From Chromatiales bacterium (GTDB lineage: Bacteria; Pseudomonadota; Gammaproteobacteria; Chromatiales; Chromatiaceae): a stretch of 64,000 bases of DNA. The position numbers were made by a program, and so were the translations under genes. Location: contig JAQYVO010000195.1 of the NCBI GenBank assembly GCA_030145425.1, forward strand, positions 48,756-112,755, in the 5' to 3' direction. Under the pieces are notes generated by a model. It ran no database searches. It was given only the letters and a program-made list of their open reading frames with translations, and had not been told where the DNA came from. Each line of letters starts with the position of its first letter. Positions within the stretch are counted from its first letter, which is position 1. This document shows, in pieces, positions 29,005 through 39,925 of this stretch.

Positions 29005-29787
29005 CTATTCGTTCACTCCGGGCCGGAACAACCTCAGAAAGTTTTCGGACGTTATTCGGGCAACCTCTTCAGGGGCCAACCCCCGAAGTTCGGCGACGCA
29101 GGCGGCAACATGGGAGACATACTGTGGAATATTGGATCTGCCCCGATGAGGTACGGGGGCCAGATAAGGTGCATCAGTCTCTATAAGCATTCGATCCAGG
29201 GGTACCCTTTTCACCACATCCCTGAGTTCGGCGGCACTTTTGAAGGTAATAATGCCGGAAAAGGAGATGTGGAAATTCAGGTCCAGGGCCTTTTCCGCCA
29301 TGCTCCAGTCTTCCGTGAAACAGTGCATCACGCCCCCTGCTTCCCGGGCCTGTTCTTCCCGCATGATGGAGATGGTGTCTTCACGGGCTGCGCGGGTATG
29401 GATGATCAGGGGCTTGTCGCTTTGCCTGGCTGCAGCAATATGACGCCTGAAGCGGTCTCTCTGCCAATCCAGATCCCCTTCGCTTCGAAAATAATCCAGT
29501 CCTGTCTCGCCTATGGCGACATTACGGGGATCGGACGCCAAGGCCACCAGTTCCTCGGGCTCAGGTTCCCGGCGATCGAGATCATTGGGATGGACGCCCA
29601 CCGAAACCGATATCTGGGGGTAATCCTGAATCAGTCGCCGCATTCCGGGATAGGATTCAAGATCAATGGACACGCACAGCATATGCGATACGCCGGCCTC
29701 CAGAGTCTGCCTGATCAGCTTATCGAAATCGTTGTCGAAAGGCTTCAGATCGAGACGATCCAGGTGACAATGTGAATCAACCAGCAT
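29005..29787 (-). CDS. TatD/YcfH-family metal-dependent hydrolase
   Basis: 260 aa. Contains MLVDSHCHLD, GE.GLDY, IHTR and ETD.PYL. Confidence 0.9.
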   Translation of the reverse strand: MLVDSHCHLDRLDLKPFDNDFDKLIRQTLEAGVSHMLCVSIDLESYPGMRRLIQDYPQISVSVGVHPNDLDRREPEPEELVALASDPRNVAIGETGLDYFRSEGDLDWQRDRFRRHIAAARQSDKPLIIHTRAAREDTISIMREEQAREAGGVMHCFTEDWSMAEKALDLNFHISFSGIITFKSAAELRDVVKRVPLDRMLIETDAPYLAPVPHRGRSNIPQYVSHVAACVAELRGLAPEEVARITSENFLRLFRPGVNE

Positions 29788-29857
29788 GTAGTGATAGGAC
29801 CCTCGAGTTGCAGGGGATAATTAAAAACCGGTGCGAATGACTGTCGTCCGGGAACGA

Positions 29858-30217
29858 TTACATGGTATGTGTGGGACGATCCGATTTGAGGGCGCCGGCG
29901 AGGTAGGTTTCTATTTTGTTTCTGGCCACCCCTCCGTCCTGTTCGCTGAACTGGACGCCTATACCCGCAGCCCTGTTGCCCTCCGCCCCGATTGGTGTCA
30001 CCCATATTATTTTCCCGGCCACGGGTATTCTTTCCGTCTCTTCCATCAGGGTCAACAGCATGAACACCTCATCGCCCAGCCGGTACTTTTTATTGGTCGG
30101 GATAAACAGGCCGCCATTTTTTACGAACTGCATGTAAGCGGCGTACAGGGCGTTTTTGTCCTTGATTGTCAGCGACAGAATCCCCTGGCGGGTTGGAGTG
30201 ATCTTTGATGCGGCCAT
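29858..30217 (-). CDS. pilZ: PilZ-domain protein (type IV pilus biogenesis PilZ-like)
   Basis: 119 aa with the PilZ fold. Its position between holB and tatD matches Pseudomonas. Confidence 0.75.
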   Translation of the reverse strand: MAASKITPTRQGILSLTIKDKNALYAAYMQFVKNGGLFIPTNKKYRLGDEVFMLLTLMEETERIPVAGKIIWVTPIGAEGNRAAGIGVQFSEQDGGVARNKIETYLAGALKSDRPTHTM

Positions 30218-30294
30218 AGCGATAACCTTCTGCGTTTTTTGTTTGTCTTTCCGAAAACTGGATGTCTGGGATCACTAATCCGGCTTGGCGTCGT

Positions 30295-31293
30295 TCAATC
30301 CGAATAGCAGGCACGAAGTCTCAACAACAGCCCCTCAAGCAACATCTGGGTGTTCAGCTGCCCGCCCAGATTTCCTATGGCTTCGTACACTTCATCCAGT
30401 ACTTCGTATAACCCGTTGAATTCTAGCGTATTACCAATGGCTTGCAAAGATCTTCTCTGATCAGGATTCAACAGTGTGGAAGTTTCCGACGTGGATTTGA
30501 GACGCAGTATGTCGATGATCCAACCGGAGATCCAGATCAATACCCTTTTCAACTCCTGCTTGTGCCATCGAGCTGCTATATCCACGGGATTCTGTTTTCC
30601 CTCCAGCACTGAGACGAACTCTCCCAGCATGGTCTTACGCAGTTGGAGCAGCTCGGGATCAGCGAGTTCAAGTGCCAGCAGGGGTGCGCCTGAGGCGAGA
30701 TCCAGGAGCAGATCGGGATCGCCCGCGCCACCTTGCGCCTCCAGCCAGTCCCTCGCCTGCGCCCGCTCCGGCACCCTGATATCCACCCGCTGACATCTAC
30801 TGCGTATCGTCGCCTGAAGCTTGCCGGGTATAGAGGATACCAGAACCATCAGCGTGCGGGACACGGGCTCTTCCAGGGTCTTCAAGAGGCTGTTCGAGGC
30901 CGCCATGTTGAGCGCATCGGCGGGCTCGATGATGATCACCTTGTATCCGCCATACTGGGCAGTCAACACCTCCCGGCCGGTAACTTCCCGGATGGCATCT
31001 ATTCGAATACCCTTCCCCGGTTCTTCCGGTGTGACGAGGAAAAGATCAGGGTGATTGCCCGCTTTGAGAAGCAGACAGCTCTTGCAGTTGCCACAGGGCA
31101 TATCCGCCTCGCCGCTTCCGGTGCAGAGCAGCGATGCCGCAAAACAGCGGGCGAATCGGCTTTTGCCCAGACCTGCCGGGCCGTTGATCAGCAGTGCATG
31201 GGGAAGCCGCCCTTCAGTGTGTCCGGTTTGGAGGCTCTGCCACTGGGGATGGTGCCATGGCAGTATTGAAAAACTGTCGTAGACCTTTTCCAT
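30295..31293 (-). CDS. holB: DNA polymerase III delta-prime subunit
   Basis: 332 aa. Contains HALLINGPAGLGK, a zinc module C..C..C, and AAN.LLKTLEEP. Confidence 0.9.
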   Translation of the reverse strand: MEKVYDSFSILPWHHPQWQSLQTGHTEGRLPHALLINGPAGLGKSRFARCFAASLLCTGSGEADMPCGNCKSCLLLKAGNHPDLFLVTPEEPGKGIRIDAIREVTGREVLTAQYGGYKVIIIEPADALNMAASNSLLKTLEEPVSRTLMVLVSSIPGKLQATIRSRCQRVDIRVPERAQARDWLEAQGGAGDPDLLLDLASGAPLLALELADPELLQLRKTMLGEFVSVLEGKQNPVDIAARWHKQELKRVLIWISGWIIDILRLKSTSETSTLLNPDQRRSLQAIGNTLEFNGLYEVLDEVYEAIGNLGGQLNTQMLLEGLLLRLRACYSD

Positions 31294-31301
31294 TCGAGCC
31301 C

Positions 31302-31961
31302 CTAAGGGTTCCCGACCGATAGGTAACCGCCGAGTACCGTTTCGATCTGGCCTCTGACCCGATCAACGGATAGCGATGCGTCAATGACTCTCACGCGTTC
31401 GGGCTCCATACCAGCTATCTCCAGATAGGCCTTTCTGACGCCATCGAAAAATGACCGGTGCTCCACCTCGAAGCGATCAGGTTCGGAGCGATTGCCTGCC
31501 CTGGCCAGGCCCGTTTCCACGGGCAGATCCAGTAATAACGTCAGGTCTGGTCTCAAATCACCCTGTACCCATTGTTCGAGGCTCCGGATGCGCTCCCGAT
31601 CTATCCCGCGGCCACCGCCCTGATAGGCATAAGAGGCGTCGGTGAAACGGTCACACAGCACCCACACTCCCTCTTTCAGCGCCGGGCCGATCACGCTTTC
31701 GATATGTTCCGCCCGGGCCCCAAAGATCAGCAGGAGTTCGGCATCGTTTCCCATGCCGCTGTGTTTGTGATCCAGCAGGAGCCGGCGGATATCCTCACCC
31801 AGTTCCGTACCTCCCGGTTCACGGGTGAATATATGCTTCTTGCCCGCCGAATCCAGCAGTTCCCGGATATAGGCCAGATTACTGCTTTTTCCGGCACCTT
31901 CGATACCCTCAACCGTAATGAATTTTCCTCTCTCGGTCATGCTGCCCGTCTGGTGCCTCAT
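31302..31961 (-). CDS. tmk: Thymidylate kinase
   Basis: Contains FITVEGIEGAGKS and DRF..S..AYQG. The ATG at 31961 overlaps the mltG stop (ATGA). Alternative ATG at 31940. Confidence 0.9.
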   Translation of the reverse strand: MRHQTGSMTERGKFITVEGIEGAGKSSNLAYIRELLDSAGKKHIFTREPGGTELGEDIRRLLLDHKHSGMGNDAELLLIFGARAEHIESVIGPALKEGVWVLCDRFTDASYAYQGGGRGIDRERIRSLEQWVQGDLRPDLTLLLDLPVETGLARAGNRSEPDRFEVEHRSFFDGVRKAYLEIAGMEPERVRVIDASLSVDRVRGQIETVLGGYLSVGNP

Positions 31962-32956
31962 CGTTTCAGCTGGTACTTGCGCACCGCTCGGTTGTGTTCC
32001 TTGAGCGTTGCGGAAAACTGGTGACTGCCGTCCCCCCTGGCCACGAAATAAAGGGCATTTCCATCCTCTGGATGCAGAACCGACCTGATTGCGTCAGCGC
32101 CCGGCATACTGATGGGTGTCGGTGTCAGGCCCTTGTATACATAGGTATTGTATGGGTTGTCGCGTTTCAGATCACGACGACGAATGTTGCCTTTATACTC
32201 GTCACCCATGGCGTAGATGACCGTGGGATCTGTCTGAAGCTTCATTCCCTTTTTCAGGCGCCGGATGAATACTCCGGCTATGGCGGGTCGCTCGCTGGCA
32301 AGCCCGGTCTCTTTTTCCACGATAGAAGCCAGGATCAGTGCCCCGTAAGGTGTTTTCAGGGGAAGCCCTTCCTGACGTTCAGGCCATTCCCGCTCCAGGA
32401 TTTTCTGCATGGCCCTGCGGGCCCTTCCGAGAAAGGCCTTGTCCGTGGTGCCTCGGGGAAAATGATAGGTATCGGGGAGAAATCGCCCTTCAGGGTGCTC
32501 ATCCGGATAACCCAGTTCCTTCATGATTTCCCCGGGCGTAAGATCTTTCAGCGTCCGGGTCAGGGCGGAATGCTGCCCGACCGCCTGGAGCACCTGTTGA
32601 AAGTTCCATCCCTCGATCAGGGTCAGGGAGTAGGAGATCACCTTTCCTGACGTCAACAGATTCAGAAGATCCCTCGGGTTCAGACCAGGATCGAGTTGAT
32701 ACTCGCCGGCCTTTATCTTGGTTGCCGATCCATCCCAGCGGGCCAGCAGGCGCAGGTATAAAGGCTTGCCCAGGTAACCCTTTTTATGCAGATCGTTGGC
32801 GAGCGTGGATATCGTGCTGCCGGGCCTCAGTTCGTATACCTCGCCTTCCGCGGGTATCTGAAGGGGGGAATCAATAAAGTTATCGACATCCATTATCAGC
32901 CAGGCAAACAGAAAGCTCGCCAGGATAATAGCCAGACCTATAAAACGCTGCGCCAT
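31958..32956 (-). CDS. mltG: Endolytic murein transglycosylase MltG (YceG)
   Basis: 332 aa with an N-terminal TM anchor. Contains LASIVEKET and NTY...GL.P.PI..PG. Confidence 0.9.
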   Translation of the reverse strand: MAQRFIGLAIILASFLFAWLIMDVDNFIDSPLQIPAEGEVYELRPGSTISTLANDLHKKGYLGKPLYLRLLARWDGSATKIKAGEYQLDPGLNPRDLLNLLTSGKVISYSLTLIEGWNFQQVLQAVGQHSALTRTLKDLTPGEIMKELGYPDEHPEGRFLPDTYHFPRGTTDKAFLGRARRAMQKILEREWPERQEGLPLKTPYGALILASIVEKETGLASERPAIAGVFIRRLKKGMKLQTDPTVIYAMGDEYKGNIRRRDLKRDNPYNTYVYKGLTPTPISMPGADAIRSVLHPEDGNALYFVARGDGSHQFSATLKEHNRAVRKYQLKR

Positions 32957-32957
32957 G

Positions 32958-33773
32958 CTAAATTTTGAATCCCTGTTTTATGACGTCACCGATGAAAGTG
33001 TCTTCCATGTAGTCCAATCCATAGCTCAATTCCCCCACTCTCCTTACGGGGCATATACCGATCAACGAGCTGGTCAGGAACAGACCATCGGCAGACTTCA
33101 GATCCGCCAGGCGAAGATCCTGAACCGACAGGGGAATGCCCCGCTTTTCCGCCTGTTCGATAACCAGGCCACGCATAATACCGGCGATTCCGCAGTTTGA
33201 TAAATCAGGGGTGAACAGATGGCCCTCGCGATAAAGAAACACATTGCTCGCGGTGCCCTCGATCAGATATCCCTCAGTGTCGAACATTAACCCCTCGGCG
33301 ATTCGATCGTCAGACCATTCAGCTCTCGCCAGCACCTGCTCAAGGCGGTTAAGGGTCTTCATCCCGGCAAGCACCGGATTTCTACCCAGCCGAACCGAAC
33401 ACAGTTGTACTTCCACCCCCCGGTCGGCCCGGTTTTCCGAATGCGTGGGCCAGGGCATGAAATTCAGAATCCGGCTGGGATTTGACGGCATGGGTGGCCG
33501 GTAACCCCTTTGGCCAATCCCCCGGGTGACAATAATTTTCAGTATCCCACGCTGTGCGGAATCTATCTCCGCCAAGGACTCCTCCAACAGCAGAGACTCG
33601 TCCGGACAATCTATTCCCATTCGTTTGCAGCCGGATCGAAGGCGATTCAAATGGCCCTTCCAGAGACAGGGCCGTCCATCAACCACAGCCAGGGTCTCAA
33701 AAAGACCATCGCCGTACTGCAGGCCCCGGTCGGCCGCTTCGATAACCTGGGCAGGTGTGCCGTTAATCAGCAA
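32958..33773 (-). CDS. pabC: Aminodeoxychorismate lyase (class IV PLP enzyme)
   Basis: 271 aa with RGL.YGDGLFET. Its position between fabF and mltG matches E. coli. Confidence 0.85.
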   Translation of the reverse strand: MLINGTPAQVIEAADRGLQYGDGLFETLAVVDGRPCLWKGHLNRLRSGCKRMGIDCPDESLLLEESLAEIDSAQRGILKIIVTRGIGQRGYRPPMPSNPSRILNFMPWPTHSENRADRGVEVQLCSVRLGRNPVLAGMKTLNRLEQVLARAEWSDDRIAEGLMFDTEGYLIEGTASNVFLYREGHLFTPDLSNCGIAGIMRGLVIEQAEKRGIPLSVQDLRLADLKSADGLFLTSSLIGICPVRRVGELSYGLDYMEDTFIGDVIKQGFKI

Positions 33774-33854
33774 GCTGAAATTCTCGCCGTCAAAATGAAA
33801 AGGCGGGAAGCCGATCCCGCCTTTTTTTCTTCAACAAGATGATGGCTTCCTTGG

Positions 33855-35099
33855 TCAGCCGGTGAAGCGGCGGAATACCAGAGACCCGTTGGTGCCCCCA
33901 AAACCGAAAGAGTTGGAGATGGCCACATCAATATTCATCTCCCGTGCAGTGTTGGGGACGTAATCGAGATCGCAGGCCGGATCCTGGTTCTCCAGGTTTA
34001 TCGTGGGGGGGGCGACTTGATCGCGCAGGGCCAGAACGGTGAAAACAGCCTCCGCACCCCCTGCTGCTCCCAGCATATGCCCGGTCATGGATTTTGTGGA
34101 GCTTACACACAGTTTATGGGCATGGTCACCGAAGGTTCTTTTGACGGCAATTGTCTCCGCCAAGTCGCCCGCCGGTGTGGAGGTCCCGTGTGCATTGATA
34201 TAGTCGACCTTATCCAGGTTAATGCCCGCATCATTCAACGCAATCAGCATGCAGTCACTCGCACCCTCTCCGTTTTCCGAGGGCGCAGTCATATGAAAGG
34301 CATCCGAATTCATGCCTATACCGACCACCTCCGCCAGAATGTTCGCGCCCCGGGCCTTGGCAAGATCGTACGCTTCCAACACCATGACACCTGCGCCGTC
34401 GCTAAGTACGAATCCGTCCCTGTCCCGGTCCCAGGGCCGGCTGGCCCCTTGTGGGTCGTCATTGCGCGTCGACAGGGCGCGGGCCGCCGCAAAGCCGCCC
34501 AGTCCGACCGGAGATGTTGCCATTTCGGCGCCACCCGCGACCATTACATCTACGTAACCGTGCCGGATGAGTCGGGCTGCCTCGCCGATATTATGTGTGC
34601 CGCTGGCACAGGCGGATACGATTGAGTAATTGGGTCCCTTCAAACCGTATTTGATGGAGAGATCACCCGCCACCATGTTGACGATGTTCGCGGGCACGAA
34701 GAAAGGTGAAATCTTTCTCGGTCCTCTGTCCACATAGGCCTGGTAGTTGTTTTCAATACCCGTTATTCCACCGATTCCAGACCCGATCGCCACGCCGATG
34801 CGCTTGGCATTCTCCTCGGTGACTTCGATCCCCGACTCCTCAATGGCCTGACAGCCTGCGGCTAACCCGTAATGGATGAACTTGTCCATCTTGCGCGAAT
34901 CTTTTTTCGAGATGTACTGGGTGATGTCAAAGTCATAGATGGGGCCGCCGAAATGCACGCTGAACGGTTCGACGTCGAAGTGGGTGATGGGCCGGATACC
35001 GCTTTTACCGGCAACTATATTGCCCCAGGACTCTGAAACCGTATGCCCCACGGGAGCGACCATGCCGAGACCGGTTACCACAACCCTTCTTTCAGACAT
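33855..35099 (-). CDS. fabF: 3-oxoacyl-ACP synthase II
   Basis: 414 aa. Contains SACASG (active-site Cys), NAHGTSTP and GH.LGAAG. Confidence 0.95.
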   Translation of the reverse strand: MSERRVVVTGLGMVAPVGHTVSESWGNIVAGKSGIRPITHFDVEPFSVHFGGPIYDFDITQYISKKDSRKMDKFIHYGLAAGCQAIEESGIEVTEENAKRIGVAIGSGIGGITGIENNYQAYVDRGPRKISPFFVPANIVNMVAGDLSIKYGLKGPNYSIVSACASGTHNIGEAARLIRHGYVDVMVAGGAEMATSPVGLGGFAAARALSTRNDDPQGASRPWDRDRDGFVLSDGAGVMVLEAYDLAKARGANILAEVVGIGMNSDAFHMTAPSENGEGASDCMLIALNDAGINLDKVDYINAHGTSTPAGDLAETIAVKRTFGDHAHKLCVSSTKSMTGHMLGAAGGAEAVFTVLALRDQVAPPTINLENQDPACDLDYVPNTAREMNIDVAISNSFGFGGTNGSLVFRRFTG

Positions 35100-35137
35100 G
35101 TTTGAATCTAACCTCTATAGCTATATTCTTCGAATCG

Positions 35138-35183
35138 AAAAGACAAAAGGCCGAATCCCGCTGAAACGGCAGATTACGGCCTT
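35138..35183 (-). terminator. Hairpin/attenuator between acpP and fabF
   Basis: The minus strand reads AAGGCCGTAATC...GATTCGGCCTT followed by TTGTCTTTTCG. Confidence 0.5.
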
Positions 35184-35204
35184 GTCCGATGACTTGCGGA
35201 GCGA

Positions 35205-35441
35205 TCAGCTGGAATGTGAGACGATATAGTCCACTGCCTGCTGTATCGTGGTGATCTTTTCGGCATCCTCGTCGGGGATCTCAGTCTCGAATTCCTCTTC
35301 CAGAGCCATGACCAGTTCCACGGTGTCCAGGGAATCGGCACCCAGATCATCTACGAATGATGCCTCCATGGTGGCCTCGTCCTCGGTGACGCCGAGCTGT
35401 TCCACAACAATTTTCCTAACCCGTTCTTCGACTGAGCTCAT
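35205..35441 (-). CDS. acpP: Acyl carrier protein
   Basis: 78 aa with [20 protein letters not shown], including the phosphopantetheine-attachment Ser. Confidence 0.97.
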   Translation of the reverse strand: MSSVEERVRKIVVEQLGVTEDEATMEASFVDDLGADSLDTVELVMALEEEFETEIPDEDAEKITTIQQAVDYIVSHSS

Positions 35442-35628
35442 TTTCTTTATTACCTCCGCGTAATTTCCTAGTGACGCCCAACGGTGACCGCCGGGCTATT
35501 GTATAACAATTATGTGAATTTTGAAGTAAATCCAACAGCGATATCCATTTTGGCGTCAGGCTTGATTTCTGACTGATATCCTTTGGTAAATACAGCCCTA
35601 CAACCCCCGACCGGGGTTTCCCCCGTTG

Positions 35629-36372
35629 TCATGCCATGTGCATGCCGCCGTTGACGTGAAGCGTCTCACCCGTAATGTAACCGGCCGCCTCCGATGCCAG
35701 AAAAGCTACGGCGGAGGCAATCTCTTCAGGGCTCCCTAGCCTGCCCAGGGGAATATTCGACAACAGGGCCTTCGTTTGCGATTCAGGCAGTTCCCTGGTC
35801 ATGTCCGTGTCGATAAACCCCGGCGCCACGGAATTGACCGTGATACCGCGGGAGCCGACCTCCCTTGCCAGGGATTTGGTAAAGCCGATGAGGCCTGCCT
35901 TGGCGGCAGAATAATTGGTCTGCCCGGGATTGCCCGTCGCACCTACGACGGAGGTAATATTGATAATTCTCCCCTTTCGCGCCTTCATCATGGCCCGCAG
36001 GCAAGCCTTCGACAACCGGTATACGGAGGTCAGATTGGTGTTGATGATGTCATCCCACTCCTCGTCTTTCATGCGCATGAGCAGGTTGTCGCGGGTTATA
36101 CCGGCATTGTTGACCAGAATCGACGGGGCGCCAAACTCACTGGACAGGGTTTTGATCACCTCTTCCACCGAACTCTGTTCAGTGACATCCAGCCTGATAC
36201 CGCGGCCCTTGATCTGAGCCGCCGCAAAGCGTTCACTGATGGCATCGGCGCCGCCCCCGGAGGTTGCCGTGCCAATGACCGTGGCCCCCTGAGCACCAAG
36301 GGTATCGGCAATGGCTTTGCCAATCCCTCTGCTGGCACCGGTCACAAGGGCTATTTCATCTTGTAGCATCAA
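35629..36372 (-). CDS. fabG: 3-oxoacyl-ACP reductase
   Basis: 247 aa. Contains TGASRGIGKAIA, NNAGI, YSAAKAG and the C-terminus GGMHMA. Confidence 0.95.
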   Translation of the reverse strand: MMLQDEIALVTGASRGIGKAIADTLGAQGATVIGTATSGGGADAISERFAAAQIKGRGIRLDVTEQSSVEEVIKTLSSEFGAPSILVNNAGITRDNLLMRMKDEEWDDIINTNLTSVYRLSKACLRAMMKARKGRIINITSVVGATGNPGQTNYSAAKAGLIGFTKSLAREVGSRGITVNSVAPGFIDTDMTRELPESQTKALLSNIPLGRLGSPEEIASAVAFLASEAAGYITGETLHVNGGMHMA

Positions 36373-36431
36373 AGGTCTCCAAACTCTCGGGCCGGCTTAG
36401 CCCGAAAAACTATTATTCCAAAACTGGGGTC

Positions 36432-37400
36432 TCAATACCTGGCCAGGACCCCACCCCACGTAAACCCTCCCCCGAAGGCCTCCATGAGCAGCATATCACC
36501 CCGCTTTATCCGGCCGTCCCTAACTGCGACATCCAGCGCCAGGGGAACCGAGGCCGCAGATGTGTTGCCGTGCTCGTCAACTGTCACCACTACGCGGTCC
36601 ATGGACATGCGCAGCTTTTTCGCCGTGGCGCGGATGATGCGAATATTGGCCTGATGAGGAATCAACCAATCGATATCGCTCTTTTCCAGATTATTGTGTT
36701 CCAGGGTCTCGTCCACGATACGGCCCAGGGTGTTAACCGCCATCTTGAAAACCTCGTTGCCCCTCATCTCCACGAAGGCGCGCTCCGTGCTCATCTTATC
36801 GTAGCCTTTGGACACCCCGTCGGGCACCTGAAGCAGACTGGCATAGTCTCCATCCGCATGTAGATGGCTCGACAATATACCGGGCTCTTCGGACGCTTCC
36901 AGGATAACCGCGCCGGCCCCATCGCCAAAAAGTACGCAGGTGCCGCGATCTTCCCAGTTGAGGATGCGGGAAAAGGTTTCAGCGCCGATCACCAACGCGC
37001 ATTTCGCGCTGCCGCTTCGAACAAAATTATCTGCCACGCCCAATGCATAGACAAAGCCCGTGCAGACAGCCTGGATATCGAACGCCGGGCAGCCGTGGAT
37101 GCCGAGTCTGCTTTGCAGCAGACAGGCCGTGCTAGGAAAGACCTGATCCGGGGTTGTCGTTGCCAGCACGATCAGATCTATATCTTCCGGTCCTTTGCCC
37201 GCCGCTTCCATTGCAAGTTTTGCCGCGTTTTCCGCAAGGTCGCAAGTGGTTTCACCGGGTTCGGCTATATGCCTTTTTTTGATGCCCGTACGATCCTGAA
37301 TCCACTGGTCGGAAGTATCGACCAGCTTCTCGAGATCGTGGTTGGTCATCACGTTCTGTGGCAGATAACCCCCCGTTCCTGCTATCCGGGAATAAGTCAC
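36432..37400 (-). CDS. fabH: 3-oxoacyl-ACP synthase III
   Basis: 322 aa. Contains ACTGF (active-site Cys), HQAN and GNTSAAS. Confidence 0.95.
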   Translation of the reverse strand: MTYSRIAGTGGYLPQNVMTNHDLEKLVDTSDQWIQDRTGIKKRHIAEPGETTCDLAENAAKLAMEAAGKGPEDIDLIVLATTTPDQVFPSTACLLQSRLGIHGCPAFDIQAVCTGFVYALGVADNFVRSGSAKCALVIGAETFSRILNWEDRGTCVLFGDGAGAVILEASEEPGILSSHLHADGDYASLLQVPDGVSKGYDKMSTERAFVEMRGNEVFKMAVNTLGRIVDETLEHNNLEKSDIDWLIPHQANIRIIRATAKKLRMSMDRVVVTVDEHGNTSAASVPLALDVAVRDGRIKRGDMLLMEAFGGGFTWGGVLARY

Positions 37401-38422
37401 ACGCCACCCCCGTTGTCTAGTTGTGCCCCGACACGGCTGGCGATTCGATCCGGTACATGGGTGAAGACGGCCTTCTTGGCGATACTGATGGCATTATTGA
37501 ATGCCATGGCGTCGGCCCCCCCATGGCTCTTGATCACGATACCTCGAAGCCCGAGGAGACTGGCGCCGTTGTAACGTCTGGGATCAATTTTCCGCCGGAG
37601 GCCCTTGAGTACGGGCAGGGCCACCAGCCCCGCCGCACGTGTCAGAATATTCTGATTAAACCCCTGTTTCATAAAGTGGCTCACCATCTTGGCCACACCC
37701 TCGGAACTTTTCAGTGCCACGTTGCCGACAAATCCATCCGATACGATCACGTCCACGTCACTCTGGTAGATGTCGTTTCCTTCCACATAACCCACATAGT
37801 TCAGAGAGCTGGCGGACAAGAGTTCATGCGCCCCCTTCACCTGCTCGTTACCCTTGATCTCTTCCTGACCGATATTGAGAAGGCCGATACGGGGATTGGT
37901 CACCTCATCATCGACCGATGCAACCAGCTCACTGCCCATGACGGCGAACTGGAAGAGGTGACCGGCACTGCAGTCGACGTTGGCACCAAGATCGAGCATC
38001 CAGGTATGACCATGGATGGAGGGGATGGCCGTGATGATCGCGGGCCGGTCGACATTGGGAATCATTTTCAGGACGAATCGCGCGGTTGCCATCAGTGCCC
38101 CGGTATTGCCGGCACTGACGCAGGCATCCGCCGTGCCCGCCTTCACCAGGTTGATGGCCACGCGCATGGAGGAATCTTTCTTGCCTCTCAGCGCCTTTGA
38201 GGGAAGCTCACCCATCTCCACTTGCTGGGTCGCGTGCTTCACCTGCAACCGTGCATCGTAATGCTTACCCTCCAGTTCTTGCTGAATCGCCTCTTCGCGA
38301 CCTACCAGGATCAGATTCACATCTGTGTTGCTGCGCAGGAATTTCAGGGCGGCCGGTACCACAACCGCCACTCCGAAATCCCCACCCATGGCATCCAGGG
38401 CAATGGTTATTTGCTCAGACAT
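37397..38422 (-). CDS. plsX: Phosphate acyltransferase PlsX
   Basis: 341 aa. Contains [16 protein letters not shown] and VIKSHG. Confidence 0.95.
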   Translation of the reverse strand: MSEQITIALDAMGGDFGVAVVVPAALKFLRSNTDVNLILVGREEAIQQELEGKHYDARLQVKHATQQVEMGELPSKALRGKKDSSMRVAINLVKAGTADACVSAGNTGALMATARFVLKMIPNVDRPAIITAIPSIHGHTWMLDLGANVDCSAGHLFQFAVMGSELVASVDDEVTNPRIGLLNIGQEEIKGNEQVKGAHELLSASSLNYVGYVEGNDIYQSDVDVIVSDGFVGNVALKSSEGVAKMVSHFMKQGFNQNILTRAAGLVALPVLKGLRRKIDPRRYNGASLLGLRGIVIKSHGGADAMAFNNAISIAKKAVFTHVPDRIASRVGAQLDNGGGV

Positions 38423-38533
38423 ACAGGCCTATGGCGGTAATGACAAGGAGCGTTCCGGCAAGGCGAAACAACGACCGCCCCGGGGCGGGACGGTGCGGAT
38501 GGCCGGAATCTGCACAGAACAGCTACGAGTGAT

Positions 38534-38713
38534 CTACTCGTTCTTGCCGCTGACGACTTTGCGGCCCCGGTAGAATCCATCCGGCGTCACGTGGTGACGA
38601 AGGTGGGTTTCCCCGGAAGTCGGGTCAATTGAGAGGCTCTCGGTATTGAGCCCATCATGGGATCGGCGCATGCCACGCCGTGAGGGAGTCTTCCTGCTTT
38701 TCTGGACCGCCAT
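38534..38713 (-). CDS. rpmF: 50S ribosomal protein L32 (below the track's length cutoff)
   Basis: My translation is [54 protein letters not shown]... (59 aa). Confidence 0.95.
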   Translation of the reverse strand: MAVQKSRKTPSRRGMRRSHDGLNTESLSIDPTSGETHLRHHVTPDGFYRGRKVVSGKNE

Positions 38714-38740
38714 TTTTTCAAGCTCCTGGTATCGGTGTAA

Positions 38741-39277
38741 TCAATTATTTCGCTTAGTCTTTATTCCGGACAGCACCGCAAATGGACTGTCCGGAACTGT
38801 TATCTGTTCTGTATCGGCCCCGTCCTGGCCTGCCACTACCCCTTGTGCCGCACCCTCACAAACACCCATCTCATGCCTGGGTACCTGTGGTACGGCAAGC
38901 AGCAACTCATCCTCAATGATGTCCAGAAGTCGCACGCGGCCGTCTTCCGCCAGCACCGGTTCACAGGCATCCGGCAGTGTTTCGGCTTCATCCAGGACCT
39001 CAATGACAGCAAGATCCAGCATTGCGTCCACGGGAATCTCCAGTTCCCCCAGGCAACGCTGGCACTCCAGGTTCAAGGTGGTACGCACCCATCCCATGAT
39101 TCGGGGCCATCGCCCTTCGCCACGGCCGAACCGCAGCTCGTAAGCCACTTCGCCGTCCGGGCGCGCCAAAAAACCGCAAAGACGGGGGAGATTACCAACT
39201 TTTTCCTGCCCTGAGAAGGACTTGCGCTGATCTGCGAGTCGCCAGGGATCCACAAATTCAGGCAACCGGGTCAACAT
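38741..39277 (-). CDS. yceD: YceD (DUF177) large-ribosomal-subunit accumulation protein
   Basis: 178 aa with C.RCL. Its position upstream of rpmF-plsX supports the call. Confidence 0.85.
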   Translation of the reverse strand: MLTRLPEFVDPWRLADQRKSFSGQEKVGNLPRLCGFLARPDGEVAYELRFGRGEGRWPRIMGWVRTTLNLECQRCLGELEIPVDAMLDLAVIEVLDEAETLPDACEPVLAEDGRVRLLDIIEDELLLAVPQVPRHEMGVCEGAAQGVVAGQDGADTEQITVPDSPFAVLSGIKTKRNN

Positions 39278-39334
39278 AAGCGGACAATGATATTATGGGC
39301 CGCTGGAAAGGTCAAAGTTGGGGATGCCCTCCGG

Positions 39335-39925
39335 ATGAGAAAATCAGAGCCCAGGATCGTGCTGGGATCCACCTCCGTTTATCGAAAGCAGCTTCTTGAA
39401 CGTCTGGGTCTGAAGTTTGTCACGGCTGCCCCGGACATCGACGAGTCGTCCCGGTTGGACGAGTCCCCGGATAATCTGGTTGTCCGACTTGCTGAATCCA
39501 AGGCCAGAGCAGTGGCAGGCGAATTTCCGGAAAGCCTGGTCATAGGATCGGACCAGGTGGCCTGCATCAATGGCAAGATCCTCGGAAAACCGGGTTCAAG
39601 ATCTGCCGCCACAAAGCAACTGACAGCGGCCTCCGGCAGGAAGGTCACATTTCTGACCGGTCTTTGCCTGCTGAATACGGCAACCGGCCGCGCCCGAACG
39701 CTCTGCGAACCTTTCCATGTCCATTTTCGCAGCCTTGATTCTGGACAGATCGAGCGATACCTGGATAAAGAGAAACCCCACGACTGCGCCGGCAGCTTCA
39801 AATCGGAGGGACTGGGTATCGCCCTGTTTGAGCGTCTGGAGGGGAACGATCCCAATGCACTGGTTGGCCTGCCCCTCATACGACTCGTCCAGTTATTGGC
39901 CAACGAAGGAGTAGAGGTCCCATGA
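39335..39925 (+). CDS. Maf-family nucleoside-triphosphate pyrophosphatase (YceF-like)
   Basis: Contains LGSTS.YR..LLERLGL.F....PDIDE, GSDQV and CAGSFKSEGLGIALFERLEG.DPN.LVGLPL, colinear with E. coli YceF. I chose the ATG at 39335; the track ORF begins at 39287. Confidence 0.85.
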   Translation: MRKSEPRIVLGSTSVYRKQLLERLGLKFVTAAPDIDESSRLDESPDNLVVRLAESKARAVAGEFPESLVIGSDQVACINGKILGKPGSRSAATKQLTAASGRKVTFLTGLCLLNTATGRARTLCEPFHVHFRSLDSGQIERYLDKEKPHDCAGSFKSEGLGIALFERLEGNDPNALVGLPLIRLVQLLANEGVEVP

